From assembly GCA_017499595.2 (NCBI GenBank), contig CM039009.1, positions 682,001 to 746,000 on the forward strand: 64,000 nucleotides of DNA, read 5' to 3'. This DNA is from Psilocybe cubensis. Its lineage: Eukaryota. Positions 10,720 through 22,486 of the stretch are shown piece by piece. The notes beneath the pieces were generated by a model. That model was not told where the DNA came from and did no database searches. It saw only the letters and a program-made list of their open reading frames with translations. Each line of letters begins with the position of its first letter. Position 1 is the stretch's first letter. The position numbers and the translations under genes were made by a program.

Positions 10720-13700
10720 ATGGCTGACTCGACAACCGCGGAAGTCAACATCGGCGGATATCGCATCGACACACTGAAGGCCCACAATTGGATGCCGTGG
10801 AAGCGGCGCATGCTAGCAGTACTGGTGGACCTCGGACTGGAGAAATACGTGGACGGCACGTCGCTTCGACCAGGATCAGCGAAACCGAACGCACCCACGG
10901 CGGAAGAAATCGCAGCTCAGACAGCGTGGGATAAGGGAGATGCGAAAGCGCGATGCAGGATCGAACTCGCGTTAAGCGATGCGGAGATGGTACACGTCCT
11001 GGGAGCGCGCACGGCGCGCGAGATGTGGACGCAGTTGTGCACAGTGAAGGAATCCAAGGGACGACTCGGTGTTTTGGCGACACGACGAGCACTTTTCCGG
11101 GCAACCGCAGAGGAGGGATGCGACATGGCAGAGCATATCGCAAAGCTACGTCAATTCCAGGAGGAGCTGCACATCATGGGCAGCATTGTATCGGACGAAG
11201 ATTTCGTCATGATTTTGCTCACCTCGTTGCCGGAATCTTGGGAGAATTATGCGTCATCCTTTTTGGGCTCGAGCGGGAATCGTCCTACGCTCACTTCGCA
11301 AGAGCTCGTTGGTGTTCTCCTTGAAGAAGCTCGTCGTCGGAAGGAGCGTGGAGGTGATGGTGCCGGAGGGACTACGCTTCAAGTTCGTGGAGGTCAAGGG
11401 TCGTCGGATGGAAAGGGTAATGGTTCGAGGGATGGCAGCGGCGGGAAGGAGTGCTATAATTGCCACAAGATGGGGCACATTTCGAAGGATTGCTGGGCGA
11501 AGGGCGGAGGTCGTGAAGGAAAGGGTCCGAGGGGGCGGAAGACGAAGAATAGAGGGCGGACGAATCAGGCTCGGGAGGACGTCAACACTACGCTCAACGA
11601 TGAGGTTGCGTACCACACGTACTCGACGTCAAACTTCTCTCGTTACGACTGGCTTTACGATTCTGCAACCACCAGTCACGTTTGTCCCGTCCGTGAAGCC
11701 TTCATCGAGTATACGCCACTCGTTAATTCCTCCGTTCGTGGTGTCGGAAAGAGTCCAGCTATCATTGCAGGCCGCGGAACAGTCATCCTCAACTTCGATG
11801 TCGACGGGCAGACGATTACTCATCGTTTGAAAGACGTTTTACACATCCCTGAAGCCGAAAATGCTTTGATGTCGCTCGGAAGGTTTGAGAGGGATGGGAG
11901 GAGCTCGTCGTTTAAGAATGGGAAGGTTCTTTTGATGGATGCGAAGGATAAGGTTATTGGAAAAGGGTCGAAACGCGGTCAGATGTATATTCTTCACGCT
12001 CGCGCTCAGCTTAATTCAGGGGAACAGGTCAACTACGTCTCGCCAAAACTCACCTGGGATCAATGGCATCGTCGTTTTGGCCATATCTCAGTGTCGTCGT
12101 TGCAGAAACTCGTCCGGAACGATCTTGTCGTCGGTCTTTCCGTGGACGAAACGTCTATTCCATCCCCATCGTGCGAGGCGTGCATCCAAGCGAAGCAGAC
12201 GCATAAACCTTTCCCTGGAGAAGCAGAAAATCGATCCACGGTTCCTGGAGAGCGAACCATGAGCGACGTATGGGGTCCTATCGGAACACGCTCGGTAAAT
12301 GGATTTTATTACTACATTACGTTTATGGACGACGCGAAGCGATACAACGGCGTGGTTTTCTTGAAGGACAAGAAGGAGGCGGCGAAGGCGATTGAGAATC
12401 ATGGGGAGCGAGTGAAGAGGAGGTTTGGGCAGTATCCGAGGTACATTCGCATGGACAATGGCAAGGAACTCGTGAACGAGCGGATTAAGAAGTGGGCGGC
12501 GGAGAGAGGCATTGAAATCGAGACGACGGCGCCATATTCCCCATCTCAGAACGGCGTCGCAGAGCGCTACAATCGTACGCTGTTGGAGCTAGCACGTGCG
12601 ATGATTATTGCGAAGAATTTACCTCTCTTTCTCTGGGACGAGGCGGTCAATTACGCGAATTATTTACGCAACCGCGCGCCTACTCGAGCACTCGACGACA
12701 AGACACCATATGAAGGCTGGCACAACAAGAAACCGGATGTTTCTCACCTTCGGGAGTTCGGATGCGATGTATGGGTGTTAGACGAGACGAAGGGGCTTTC
12801 GAAGCTCAAGCCACGGTCGAAGAAGATGGTATTCGTTGGTTTTAACGAAGGCTCGAAGTCTGTGCGTTATTACGATCCCAAATCGCGCACAGTGAAGTCA
12901 TCGCGAAACGTATCGTTTAACGAAAACGAAACGCCGCAGAACGTCGAAATTCCTGGATTATCGTCTGAGGGGGAGCGTAACGAATCGACAGACGTTAAAT
13001 CCAGCGAAAACGAGCCAGAAACCGTCAAGAACGAACCTATTTCGTCTACAGCATCGATTCCACAGCCCAGCATACGTCGATCAGCTCGTGAACACAATTT
13101 TGTTGATTACAAGAAGGCAAACAACCCGAATGCTCGTTTACCGACTACACGATCCCAAACGACTCTAAACGCACCACAAATCGCTACAAAATCGACCGAG
13201 ACCTCGAGCGCAAAGTCTACAGCAACGGAGCAAGCAAACATTGTCAAAGAACAGCTGTGGGGCGCGATTTTAGACGATTCGGAACGTGTCTTTGCCATGC
13301 GCGAATTGGACGTACCTCGGACACTTGAAGAAGCTTTGGAAAGCTGTGAGGCAGCTGCGTGGAAGGCAGCTATGGACGAAGAAATTGAGACGCTTTTACG
13401 GATGGGTACTTGGGAGATGATGAAGATTCCGGATGGAAGGAAACTGGTTGGATGCCGTTGGGTCTACGCGAAGAAACGGGACGAAAACGGGAACGTCATC
13501 AAGTACAAGGCCCGACTAGTCGTTCAGGGATGCTCTCAGAGACCTGGTACAGACTACAGCGAGGACGGAACATTCGCACCAGTCATGCGATTCGACACGC
13601 TACGCTCGCTACTCGCATATTCGGCCGTACACAATCTCAAGATGCGTCAATTCGATATAAAGGGTGCATATTTGCATGGTTACATCTCGGAGGAGATATA

Positions 13701-14889
13701 TATGGTCCAACCACCCGGTTATGACGATGGCACTGGTCAGGCATGCCGTCTCATTCGTTCGCTTTACGGTCTCAAGCAGGCAGGAAACGTATGGAACCAT
13801 GAACTCGATAACGCTCTCACTTCATTCGGTTTTACGAAACTCAAGAGCGATTACTGCTGCTACATCCGTCGAGCTGAAAACGGCGATTTTACGATTTTGG
13901 TTACCTGGGTGGACGACATAATCAGTTTCTCAACAAACGACTCGCTCAACGACCAGCTGGAGCGAGAATTAGGCTCGAAATTCGACGTTAAATCGATGGG
14001 TCAGCCCTCGATGATGCTAGGATTCAAGCTCGAGCAAAAGGACCATTACATTTCGCTCTCGCAAGCACACTACATCGACAAACTCCTCGAGAAGTTTGGT
14101 TTACAAGACGCGAACCCCGTTTCGACGCCTATGGACCCGAACGTGCGATTGGATAAGGATGAAGGTGTTCGGGAGGATGGAGACGGTCAGGGGGAGGTTA
14201 ATTCGCGTTTAGGATTCAGTTATGCAACGGTCATCGGCTCGCTCATGTATCTGGCACTCGGAACTCGTCCAGACATCGCGTTTGCGGTATACAAACTCGC
14301 GCAATTCACCAGCAAGCCGAAATCGACTCATTGGACCGCTGTCAAACGTATATTTCGTTATCTGAAGGGCACGCGCAATCACAAACTTACTTACGGCGGC
14401 GATTCGCAAGTTTTGGACGTAAATCTCAATGTTTATTGCGACGCCGATTGGGCTGAAAACTACGATCGGAAATCAACTAGCGGATACGTGGTTACGATAG
14501 CAGGCGGCGCTGTGGCATGGAGCTCGAAGAAACAGAATACGGTCGCACTTTCAACCGCTGAAGCCGAATACGTTTCCACAACGCATGCGGCGAAGCAAGT
14601 CTTATGGCACCGCTCACTCTTCACGGAGCTCGGTTTCCACATTCCATCAACGTCAACCATCTTTACCGACAATACGGCAGCCATTTCGATTGCGCATCAT
14701 CCAGAATTCCATGCCCGTACGAAGCACATTGACATTGCATTTCATTTCCTACGCGACTTGGTGGAGAAGAAGACGCTCGACACGGTTTACATCAACACTT
14801 CAAACAATTTGGCAGACGTTTTCACAAAGGCTTTACCTCGCGTTGCACACGATGGTTTCACGTTGCAGTTGGGAGTTTTGGCCGACTAA
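10720..14889 (+). CDS. Copia Gag-Pol polyprotein (Gag, zinc knuckle, PR, IN, RT, RNase H)
   Basis: 1389 aa. CYNCHKMGHISKDC knuckle; WLYDSATTSH protease; WHRRFGH..CEAC plus SDVWGP/MDNGKE/NGVAER integrase; YKARLV, LYGLKQAG, WVDD RT; YCDADWA, AEAEY, KHIDI RNase H. Order PR-IN-RT-RH is Copia. Confidence 0.98.
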   Translation: MADSTTAEVNIGGYRIDTLKAHNWMPWKRRMLAVLVDLGLEKYVDGTSLRPGSAKPNAPTAEEIAAQTAWDKGDAKARCRIELALSDAEMVHVLGARTAREMWTQLCTVKESKGRLGVLATRRALFRATAEEGCDMAEHIAKLRQFQEELHIMGSIVSDEDFVMILLTSLPESWENYASSFLGSSGNRPTLTSQELVGVLLEEARRRKERGGDGAGGTTLQVRGGQGSSDGKGNGSRDGSGGKECYNCHKMGHISKDCWAKGGGREGKGPRGRKTKNRGRTNQAREDVNTTLNDEVAYHTYSTSNFSRYDWLYDSATTSHVCPVREAFIEYTPLVNSSVRGVGKSPAIIAGRGTVILNFDVDGQTITHRLKDVLHIPEAENALMSLGRFERDGRSSSFKNGKVLLMDAKDKVIGKGSKRGQMYILHARAQLNSGEQVNYVSPKLTWDQWHRRFGHISVSSLQKLVRNDLVVGLSVDETSIPSPSCEACIQAKQTHKPFPGEAENRSTVPGERTMSDVWGPIGTRSVNGFYYYITFMDDAKRYNGVVFLKDKKEAAKAIENHGERVKRRFGQYPRYIRMDNGKELVNERIKKWAAERGIEIETTAPYSPSQNGVAERYNRTLLELARAMIIAKNLPLFLWDEAVNYANYLRNRAPTRALDDKTPYEGWHNKKPDVSHLREFGCDVWVLDETKGLSKLKPRSKKMVFVGFNEGSKSVRYYDPKSRTVKSSRNVSFNENETPQNVEIPGLSSEGERNESTDVKSSENEPETVKNEPISSTASIPQPSIRRSAREHNFVDYKKANNPNARLPTTRSQTTLNAPQIATKSTETSSAKSTATEQANIVKEQLWGAILDDSERVFAMRELDVPRTLEEALESCEAAAWKAAMDEEIETLLRMGTWEMMKIPDGRKLVGCRWVYAKKRDENGNVIKYKARLVVQGCSQRPGTDYSEDGTFAPVMRFDTLRSLLAYSAVHNLKMRQFDIKGAYLHGYISEEIYMVQPPGYDDGTGQACRLIRSLYGLKQAGNVWNHELDNALTSFGFTKLKSDYCCYIRRAENGDFTILVTWVDDIISFSTNDSLNDQLERELGSKFDVKSMGQPSMMLGFKLEQKDHYISLSQAHYIDKLLEKFGLQDANPVSTPMDPNVRLDKDEGVREDGDGQGEVNSRLGFSYATVIGSLMYLALGTRPDIAFAVYKLAQFTSKPKSTHWTAVKRIFRYLKGTRNHKLTYGGDSQVLDVNLNVYCDADWAENYDRKSTSGYVVTIAGGAVAWSSKKQNTVALSTAEAEYVSTTHAAKQVLWHRSLFTELGFHIPSTSTIFTDNTAAISIAHHPEFHARTKHIDIAFHFLRDLVEKKTLDTVYINTSNNLADVFTKALPRVAHDGFTLQLGVLAD

Positions 14890-14896
14890 GGGGGAG
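14888..14896 (+). promoter_or_regulatory. Polypurine tract
   Basis: AAGGGGGAG directly before the 3' LTR, overlapping the pol stop codon. Confidence 0.85.
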
Positions 14897-15077
14897 TGTT
14901 GGAATGATAGTCGGCGAGCGACTTGGTCGCTAAGTCGTTATCTTCCTCTTGTAGTTTATCTTATCATATTTTTTCTAGATTATTCTACTATAGGTTCCGT
15001 AGTTACTGTAGGTACAACCGTGTAGCTACGTCGTGAATCTACATCTTTTACCACCACTGCGCATTATACTTACAACA
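14897..15077 (+). repeat. 3' LTR (181 bp)
   Basis: Identical to the 5' LTR; followed by the AAGAT TSD. Confidence 0.97.
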
Positions 15078-15411
15078 AAGATGATGGAATAGATTTTACA
15101 GGACGACTGGCTTTATCTTGTCTTGACTCTGAACGTCGGCCACTTCTGCCTAAATTTAAGTTAAATGTGGGATCATTCCACCGGAAGGCTATCTATCCGT
15201 CGCTTCCGTATCTTGTTTCTCTCGACTTGCAGTTCTGTCAATCAACTGTCAATCACGAGTGTACCCAAGGCATAAGTACCTAATATGTGTCTGTTATGGG
15301 GTGTTCTATAAATATCTACTCACCGGATATGTTTGACGGCTGTCATGATGCCTCTTCTAGTCACCCTTTTAAGACCTATGCCAATTCTAGGAGGACTGTC
15401 CGCATCCCAAC

Positions 15412-16911
15412 ATGCTATTCTTTCTACTCATCCTTTTATATCTTTTTCGTGATTCAAATCACCCCTCTGCATCTTCAAATGATTCCGAACTCTTCAGTCG
15501 TACCCTCAAGCCTTTGGCTTGCATCTGTACCCAGCAACGCTCTGTGTCTGATATTGTCTGGAGTTGTTTGGCAACAATATTTACATGCTCCTGGGTGTCA
15601 GTCCATCCTGATGTTCCCAAAGACGGTGAAAAGTGGTGGAGCAATGTCCTACAGCGTATAGAGTTCATGTCCTGGACGATCTTGAGCCCCGAATTTGTTA
15701 TCACATGGGCAGGGAGACAGTGGATAGGCGCTCGAAGAATTGCTCGGGAACAGGGTATGTAACACCATGTCTATCAGATACGTTGCCATAATGTTGCTGA
15801 GTATCTTGTATGCAGGTTGGACTGTCACTCATGGTCACTTTTTACAGATGGGCGGATTTATGCTGTACAAGGGAGACGAGAAGAAAGGTGTCTTGTCGTA
15901 CGAGCGCTTTAAAATGCTACTTAACAGCAAGCGAATCGAATTTCCGAAAGTAAGCCGGGAAGAAATCGAGGATCGCAGCAAGAGCGACGGCCTCTGCAAG
16001 GCTCTCGTAGTTGGTCAAACCAGCTGGTTTGTTCTACAATGTATTGCCCGAAGGATCAGTCATTTACCCATTACCGAGCTGGAGTTGGCTACTTTGGCGT
16101 TTGCGGCGCTTAACGGGTGCATGTATTTCTGCTGGTGGGACAAACCATTTGATGTGCGAATTCCTATACCCGTTCAACTTTTATCAGAGGAAAGTGAAGA
16201 AATAATTCAAGACTCAAGAGGTTAGCAGTCCATAGCCGCTTTGAATGGTATTTGCTAAACTTTGGTTATTCAGGCGTCTACTCGTTCAATTTGGGGCCAG
16301 CGCCATTGCAAATGCAGAGCCCGAACACATTTCCAGAAATACACCAAGTGCAATGGGTCAAAACCTTGCCCACTGCCCTTCGAACCTTCTTTAATACAAG
16401 ACTGGACGCCATTAACGACCTCCAATTCGTAGCTCAATTCGCGTACTTTAACAACCCTAATCGACCCGAAGACGAGGTTGGGCCAATGCAGGTTCCCGCA
16501 TTCTACGCCCTCCTTGCAACAAACGAAGAATACAACAGGATATTCCTTGCCGTCTCAGCGACGGGCACAATCTTTGGAGCGATCCACTGCGCAGGATGGT
16601 CCTTCCACTTTCCTACAGCGATTGAGTTGTGGCTCTGGCGGACCTGTGCAGTATCGCTCGTGGTTGGGCCGCTCTTCCTCCTATTTGTGAGCTATGAGCC
16701 CCTCAACGACCACTTTCAACGTTCGCGGTTTTCTGTCATCCGTTTGTTTGGAGAGTTCTTCGCGAATGATCGATATGTAAAGCCGCTTGGGTGGTTGTAC
16801 TACATCTTGGTCCGCGTTGCGTTGCTTGCTGAGTGTTTTGCTGCTCTGAGGGACCTACCCTCAGCATCGTATTCGGTGGTACAGTGGCCGCTTTTTTTGC
16901 CGCACATTTAA
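15412..16911 (+). CDS. Conserved fungal multi-pass membrane protein of unknown function, 3 exons
   Basis: Motifs CSWVSVHPDVP, HGHFLQMGGF, EIEDRSKSD..K, QCIAR...LPITELE, WWDKPFDV, FGAIHCAGW, typical of a family expanded in fungi; several hydrophobic helices. Confidence 0.8.
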
Positions 16912-17105
16912 TTGAAACCTGGGAGGCGTTGTATTTTTTGCCCTCTCCTTGAATTGCAAAATCATTGGTATCCTGTACATACATACACTTCATTTAAGTA
17001 TAATCGAGGTCTAATTAATGGGTAATCATTATCAATTAAGCATTTTGTACATGCCAGTGTAATTTAAGGATAATGTCATATTTTTTCTTCAAAGCAACCG
17101 CGAAA

Positions 17106-17220
17106 GACCAACTAGTTTCTCTTGTTGATAAAATTTATTGTAGATCCGGATGCCTTGATTGCGTACTCACGGTACGTTATCACATTTATTTGCTTTTACT
17201 AAATGTACTGATGACAAGAC
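17106..17220 (+). pseudogene. Remnant 3' end of a third family-A F-box gene
   Basis: Reads DQLVSLVDKIYCRSGCLDCVLT then a GTACGT donor. Compare NELVSLADHVYCRCLSCGTL|gtgcgt (7338-7400) and DQLNSLMDQVYCSCLDCGLS (family A copy 2). Confidence 0.7.
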
Positions 17221-17289
17221 TATTTTATACAAGACTTATATCAAATCATAGTAGCAGATTGAATGTTTTTTGATTGTGCTGTCAAGAAG

Positions 17290-17970
17290 CTATGTGCGAG
17301 GCTGCATGCCGGGGTCTGGGTATTTCTTCAAGAATCTATCGAATATCTCCATAGCTTCGGCATCGTGGGCTGCTTTGTTTCTCATATAATCATTATACGA
17401 AGGCATAGTGTCGGTGTTCATTATGGATTGATCCATACCAAGGGGTATTATCAATTCTTTGTCTTGATTTGTGGCATGTAATCCAGCGCTGTATTCACCC
17501 TTGTTGCCAATATCGGACTTTGTAGAAGTAACTTTCCTAGCCTCTGGTCTATGTTGATCATTCCCTCTGAATGAGGATCCAGAAAGTGAATGTGGGTTTT
17601 CTGTCTCGAAGAGTCTATCATATGCAGACTGGACCCTCGGTGGATAAAGTCCACGTATGGTGCGCATTTCTTCTTCTGTTGGTGGGGTAAACTTTGCCGG
17701 AGCGAATTGCCAGTCCGTATCAGAAAAGTCATAGTCACGGCCAGAATGGGTAGGTCCTTGCATCATTTTTTCCAAGAGTTGTTGCCCTCGAATTCTCCGT
17801 ATTTCTTCAGGACTTAAGTTCTCTTGAATGGGGTCGAAGATCCATCTCCGTTCACCATACACGGGTGTGGATTGCGACCTGAACAAGACGAAAAAAACCG
17901 TGAGACTACGGTATATCATGAAAAACAAGTAAAGTATCTGTGGTAACTGACATTGTTTTGAGCTTTGCAA
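17290..17970 (-). CDS. Hypothetical protein (start uncertain)
   Basis: 226-codon ORF with protein-like composition downstream of about 17880; no recognisable domain. Confidence 0.45.
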   Translation of the reverse strand: MQSSKQCQLPQILYLFFMIYRSLTVFFVLFRSQSTPVYGERRWIFDPIQENLSPEEIRRIRGQQLLEKMMQGPTHSGRDYDFSDTDWQFAPAKFTPPTEEEMRTIRGLYPPRVQSAYDRLFETENPHSLSGSSFRGNDQHRPEARKVTSTKSDIGNKGEYSAGLHATNQDKELIIPLGMDQSIMNTDTMPSYNDYMRNKAAHDAEAMEIFDRFLKKYPDPGMQPRT

Positions 17971-18446
17971 GGAAATTAATACGTTGTAAAGACTGGGGAA
18001 AATGTTTGAACGATGGTGGATAATTTATGAAGTCTTTTTATATGTCGAGGCATACCAGAGGCCAGCAGAATTGGAGTTTAAAGGCCATGGTAAACGAAGG
18101 GTTTGTGCCATTATTTTAAAACATTACCGATATCATATTCCATGGAAAGGCCACAAAGACGGAATGTAACTTGAATGGCCCACTTTTCTCTGTGAACGAG
18201 CGTTGCGAATTTAAGTTCTATTTATTCCTTCATACGTGTGCTTTTTTAATGGCCTGCATTATATCATAACTACTACTAGTACTACGATCTAACTAAGCTT
18301 GGATTCATCTGCTGTAGATTTACGTGCGCGACTGTGGCCTCTAGGGCCCAGTCAAGTATGGCGACCCCAATACCGGATACTCAACAGTGTTTAGCTGTTG
18401 CTGGGTTACAATAAACTACGACATAATGTGAATCGTAAGAACCTCT

Positions 18447-19581
18447 CTAAACCGTCCCTGGATTTTCGAGAGGCATGTAATATCCGCCGAGATTGACATA
18501 AGGCATCCCATTAACATACGTAGTGGGATTCGCTTCGGGCACACGAATGGGTCCTGTGTTGGCATTATTTTGTTGCACTTGCGCATGCGCATGCTCAGCA
18601 AACGGGCCGTGAAGATCTACACCGCCTTCTTCTTCTTCTTTCTTCACGATCTCACCTTCTTCCATGGCGGCCACATTTTGGTTCTGTTCGTTCTGGACAT
18701 GATTATGGGCAGGGTTGCCACAAGCCACCTGAACAGGAACCTCAGCATAATCATCGAACCACGGAGCCTCATTCTCTTTCCCCAAGGCGGCCTGACCTCC
18801 AGCAGCAGGCTGAATTTCATCGGGTGCTGGATTCATCACCGCTGGTGCCGCAACATTACCAGCATATTGCGCGTACCCTGCGTCTACACCTGGCCCCGGC
18901 CCTGCTTGTTGTTGATACGGAGGAGGTGGTCGCGCGTATGGATGCTGCGGACCTTGCCTCGGCCTATGAATTTGCCTTTGGCCTTGCCATTGCGGTTGGG
19001 GGTAGAATTGCTGCTGTTGCTGCTGTTGATACGCCGGCTGCTGCTGCTGCTGCTGCTGATACGCCGGCTGCTGCTGCTGCTGCTGATACGCCTGTTGCTG
19101 CTGCTGCTGCTGCTGTGGTTGTTGCGGTTGCTGTAGAGGATAGAACTGGGCCTGCCCCGGTTGTTGAAAATAATACTGATTCGGAGGTGGGACTGGCCCA
19201 GCAACCATCCTCGGAGGGAGAGGCTGGAAATCGGGTACCTGCTGGTACCGTTGCTGGTTCTGTGCGAGCTGATTCAAAGGCGGAAGAACAGTCGCCGTCG
19301 ACGTTATAATATGTCGCGTATACGTCGCGTTCTCCCGCACCCTAGCGCCAATCGTCGCCACAGTACAGGGGGAGATGATAGTGATGAGTACCGCGCACGC
19401 GATCAAGGACATACTAAGCACCGACTCACCATGTCTCTGTTCTTATCCAACGCTCTTCGCGCACGCGTGAGATGTTCGATCTACCGATCGGCTGATTATC
19501 AAGGTTTTGGAAGTATTGCACCTGCTCGTTGGCAGGGCGAAACGGGTTCTGCTGCTGTTGCTGCTGCTGATTTGGATCCAT
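18447..19581 (-). CDS. Gln/Pro/Tyr-rich low-complexity protein
   Basis: TATAAAAG at 19741-19748 on the minus strand; ATG MDPNQQQQ. Intron GTGAGT...GCTAG joins RTETW to VRENATY in frame. 3' end may extend through another intron. Confidence 0.7.
19008..19132 (-). repeat. CAG-rich coding repeat, three (P)AYQ6-8 units
   Basis: Repeated ctgctgctg...gatacgcc(gg) units on the plus strand. Confidence 0.9.
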
Positions 19582-22486
19582 TCCGATGCTATATGTACGG
19601 GCCAGGAACAAGTAGCACCACGTCGGAGTTTTACTCACAAATTCAACAGGAGGAGTTCAGGAAGAGGACGACGCACAACTGAGGCAGGGAGAGAGAGGGA
19701 TCAAAATCGCAGAGGACGCTCTCAACACGCTGAATGGCCGCTTTTATAGGATGAAGACACAATCCGGATAGGGAAAAAATATGCCACTGATGTCAAGCCG
19801 AGTGAGAGGCTCGAGCGCATCACAATCGATCATTTGCACGGGGTGTACAGCAGTAAGGACTAAAAGGTGCGATGGAGAAACGCGAAGCCACGATAAAGAA
19901 GCGTGTTGTTGTCAATTATCTTCCTTTTCCAGAGACAGTTTAGGGCCACCGTAATACCCACCATTGGTTGTCGACTTGTCCCACTGTATGCACCGGTGGT
20001 TTTAGGCTCAATGGAGACCACGATAAATCAACGCTTAAATTTGTTTGGACTTACATGCACGCATACAGGATGGCGGATACCTCGAGGACTCGATGAAATG
20101 GAGAAAACCAATTGTCGGTATTCGCATTGAAGAAAACCAGAAACAACGAGGCCTAGCATAGTCGTGTCAATGAACGTTTTTAGAATCCTCAGTCAATAAG
20201 GCATAGTGGCATATACCGGAACCTTGATCTGAGAGGTGGGAAATTGCAGAGAGGATGCAGAATGCCACACGTACATGCTGCACGGGTGCTCGAAACAAGC
20301 TAAAAAAGGAAAAAAAAATAAAATCCTGTCGAGTCAGAATTGATAAGTGGAGGAGGCCAGGATGGGATTTAGATCGGATAGGGAAGTCGCCGGCTCCGAG
20401 TGTACTTTCGCACCTTCGCCTCAACATGCGAGATCAAAAGATCATCTGGGGTTTATGCATCTTAGAGAGGTTTTGGTCTAATTGTGCATGGACATATGGA
20501 AAGAATAACAGGTGAGAAATATGGAGACTTAGCGACCACCGAACGTTCGAGAAGCTGCTTCCTGGACCTGTATAAACACACAATCAGTTGAACCAATTTG
20601 TCAAACTGGGCAGAGGAAACCAGGTTAAACATACAGCGATACACGGAGTTCTAAAAAAAGGAACTGAAAATCATCAATGTAGCAAAAATGGATGCAAAAA
20701 AAGCAAAGGTTAATACATAACATCATCGTCGGAGAAGACTGTGCAATGAATGTCGCATCGAGGAGTAAATCTCCGTCCACGTTGCGACAGATTTTCCATA
20801 ATTTATCCATCCTTGTTTCAATACAATTCGAATTTTAGGCACCAGCAAAAAGAAAGAGAAAAACCTCGTGTTGCCTGGCCGTTCAACGCAGTACAGGATG
20901 TCCACCCACGTCCATAATGAGTCAGAAGGTCGACTTCGGCCACGTTGGAAACGTCTGTAGTTCCTTGGAGTTGCTTTTTCCAGGTAGTAAATATGATTAC
21001 GGTAACAAAAGTTGTAGGCGGTTGTGTGCGCGCATGTGTGCGTTCGAAAAAGGAGGGCAGAACGAGGCAGGGCCGACGGGTCGGCTCCTGGGAGAGAATT
21101 CAATCGGAGATCTAACAAGATCATGTGATGTAGCTGACAAACAAACGCGTAACTTAACCGGCTTGGCAGGACAGTGACTCGCTGCTGGAATCAGAGACAC
21201 ACGAGCCTGACGACGGTTAGATGTATCGACAGGTCAAAATATCCACGCGTGGAATGTCTAATTTCTCAAAAGAATTAGAACGAAATGCTACCAGATTCAG
21301 TTGATTAAAATCCTCCTGAGACTGCTAAATATCCATCATGTTTCCACTATACCTGGGGGAACAAGTTCAGTAGGAATGGAGTGCGTCAACGGGTGTCTAT
21401 AAACCATCACTAAAAGGATTCAAAACAATCAGATTGCCCTTCAAACTAGAGACCAGCTACACGTAGCAAGTCTACTACAAATAACTAAACAAAAAAACCT
21501 CCACAGCCCAGCCCAGCCTAGCTTAATCGTACGACGTAAAAAGCAACGGCGGAAGGAAGTTACGGAGTAAAGCAAGCCAAGGCACAGCCTGACACATGCA
21601 TAAAACATAAATTCAAAACAGTATTGGTTTTAAAATTGGGAGTAAAGGTTTGGTGAGACGATAGAGATTTGGTACTTGGTATAATCGAGGGCAGAAGGGA
21701 AAATCGAACGCATAATTCGACGTATGTATGGGACAGTGGGGACACAAGATGGGAGACAGAGGACGGAACGGGACAGAGAGGAAGGATATAGGACAAGAGA
21801 AAAAATAAACACTTAAACAAATAATAAAACTGGAAAAAAGTCACGACGCGGAATGAAGATACCGTGGATGGAATCGAGTTTGGCCATTATGAGGGCCGAC
21901 TAACGATTCGACGGAGACGCCAAGTCGACGAACGGCAGTTGGATAGCGAAGATGAGTGATGAAGGTGAATAGAGTCTTCGAGCCTTCGAGGTGTTGATGG
22001 CGAGGAAGTAGATGTGCGCCGGGCATGGGGCGACGACTGCAACTGGCGGGCAAAAATATTGCGCCTCGTTTATCTCCTAGACAGTACCTTCACACACACA
22101 AACGCGGCATAATAATTAAAAACAGAAATTTGTCGTCGTTGTCGTCGCGACGCGCATGGTTTATACAAGCTTATCGAAATAGGAACTGAGGGCCCGCATC
22201 GAGGGTCGAGATTCGGGAGACGGGATAAGAAGACTGAGTAGTTGACAGGCAGATATTGCCAAGGGACAACTGGAAACCGAAGATCTGAACACGAGGAATA
22301 GGAATCAAAGAAACCAACAGAGAAAAGACAGGACAAGGGACCGGCGCTGTCTGCCTTTTCTCTCACTCTTCCACCACTAACGAATAATAGCACAAACCAC
22401 CAACACCATGAGAGAAACAGACAGGCAGCACACACACCCTTCACACTAACCACACCTCTCCTTGCCTCCCCTTAGCCATTCGCCAT

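Larger units (their letters stand above)
10444..15077 (+). mobile_element. Full-length Ty1/Copia LTR retrotransposon
   Basis: TG...CA LTRs at 10444-10624 and 14897-15077, identical by inspection. 5-bp TSD AAGAT at 10439-10443 and 15078-15082. PBS, PPT and an uninterrupted gag-pol ORF. Confidence 0.98.

Noticed and set aside
10745-15025. Many overlapping ORFs within the Copia element
   Set aside because: Expected shadows of a long GC-rich ORF; no env-like or other recognisable product.
18570-19309. Poly-Leu, poly-Ala and poly-Ser ORFs
   Set aside because: Alternative-frame and antisense shadows of the CAG repeat in the Q-rich gene.
19900-22450. Numerous 60-130 aa ORFs
   Set aside because: Composition fits UTR or intergenic DNA; no domains or splice-supported models.
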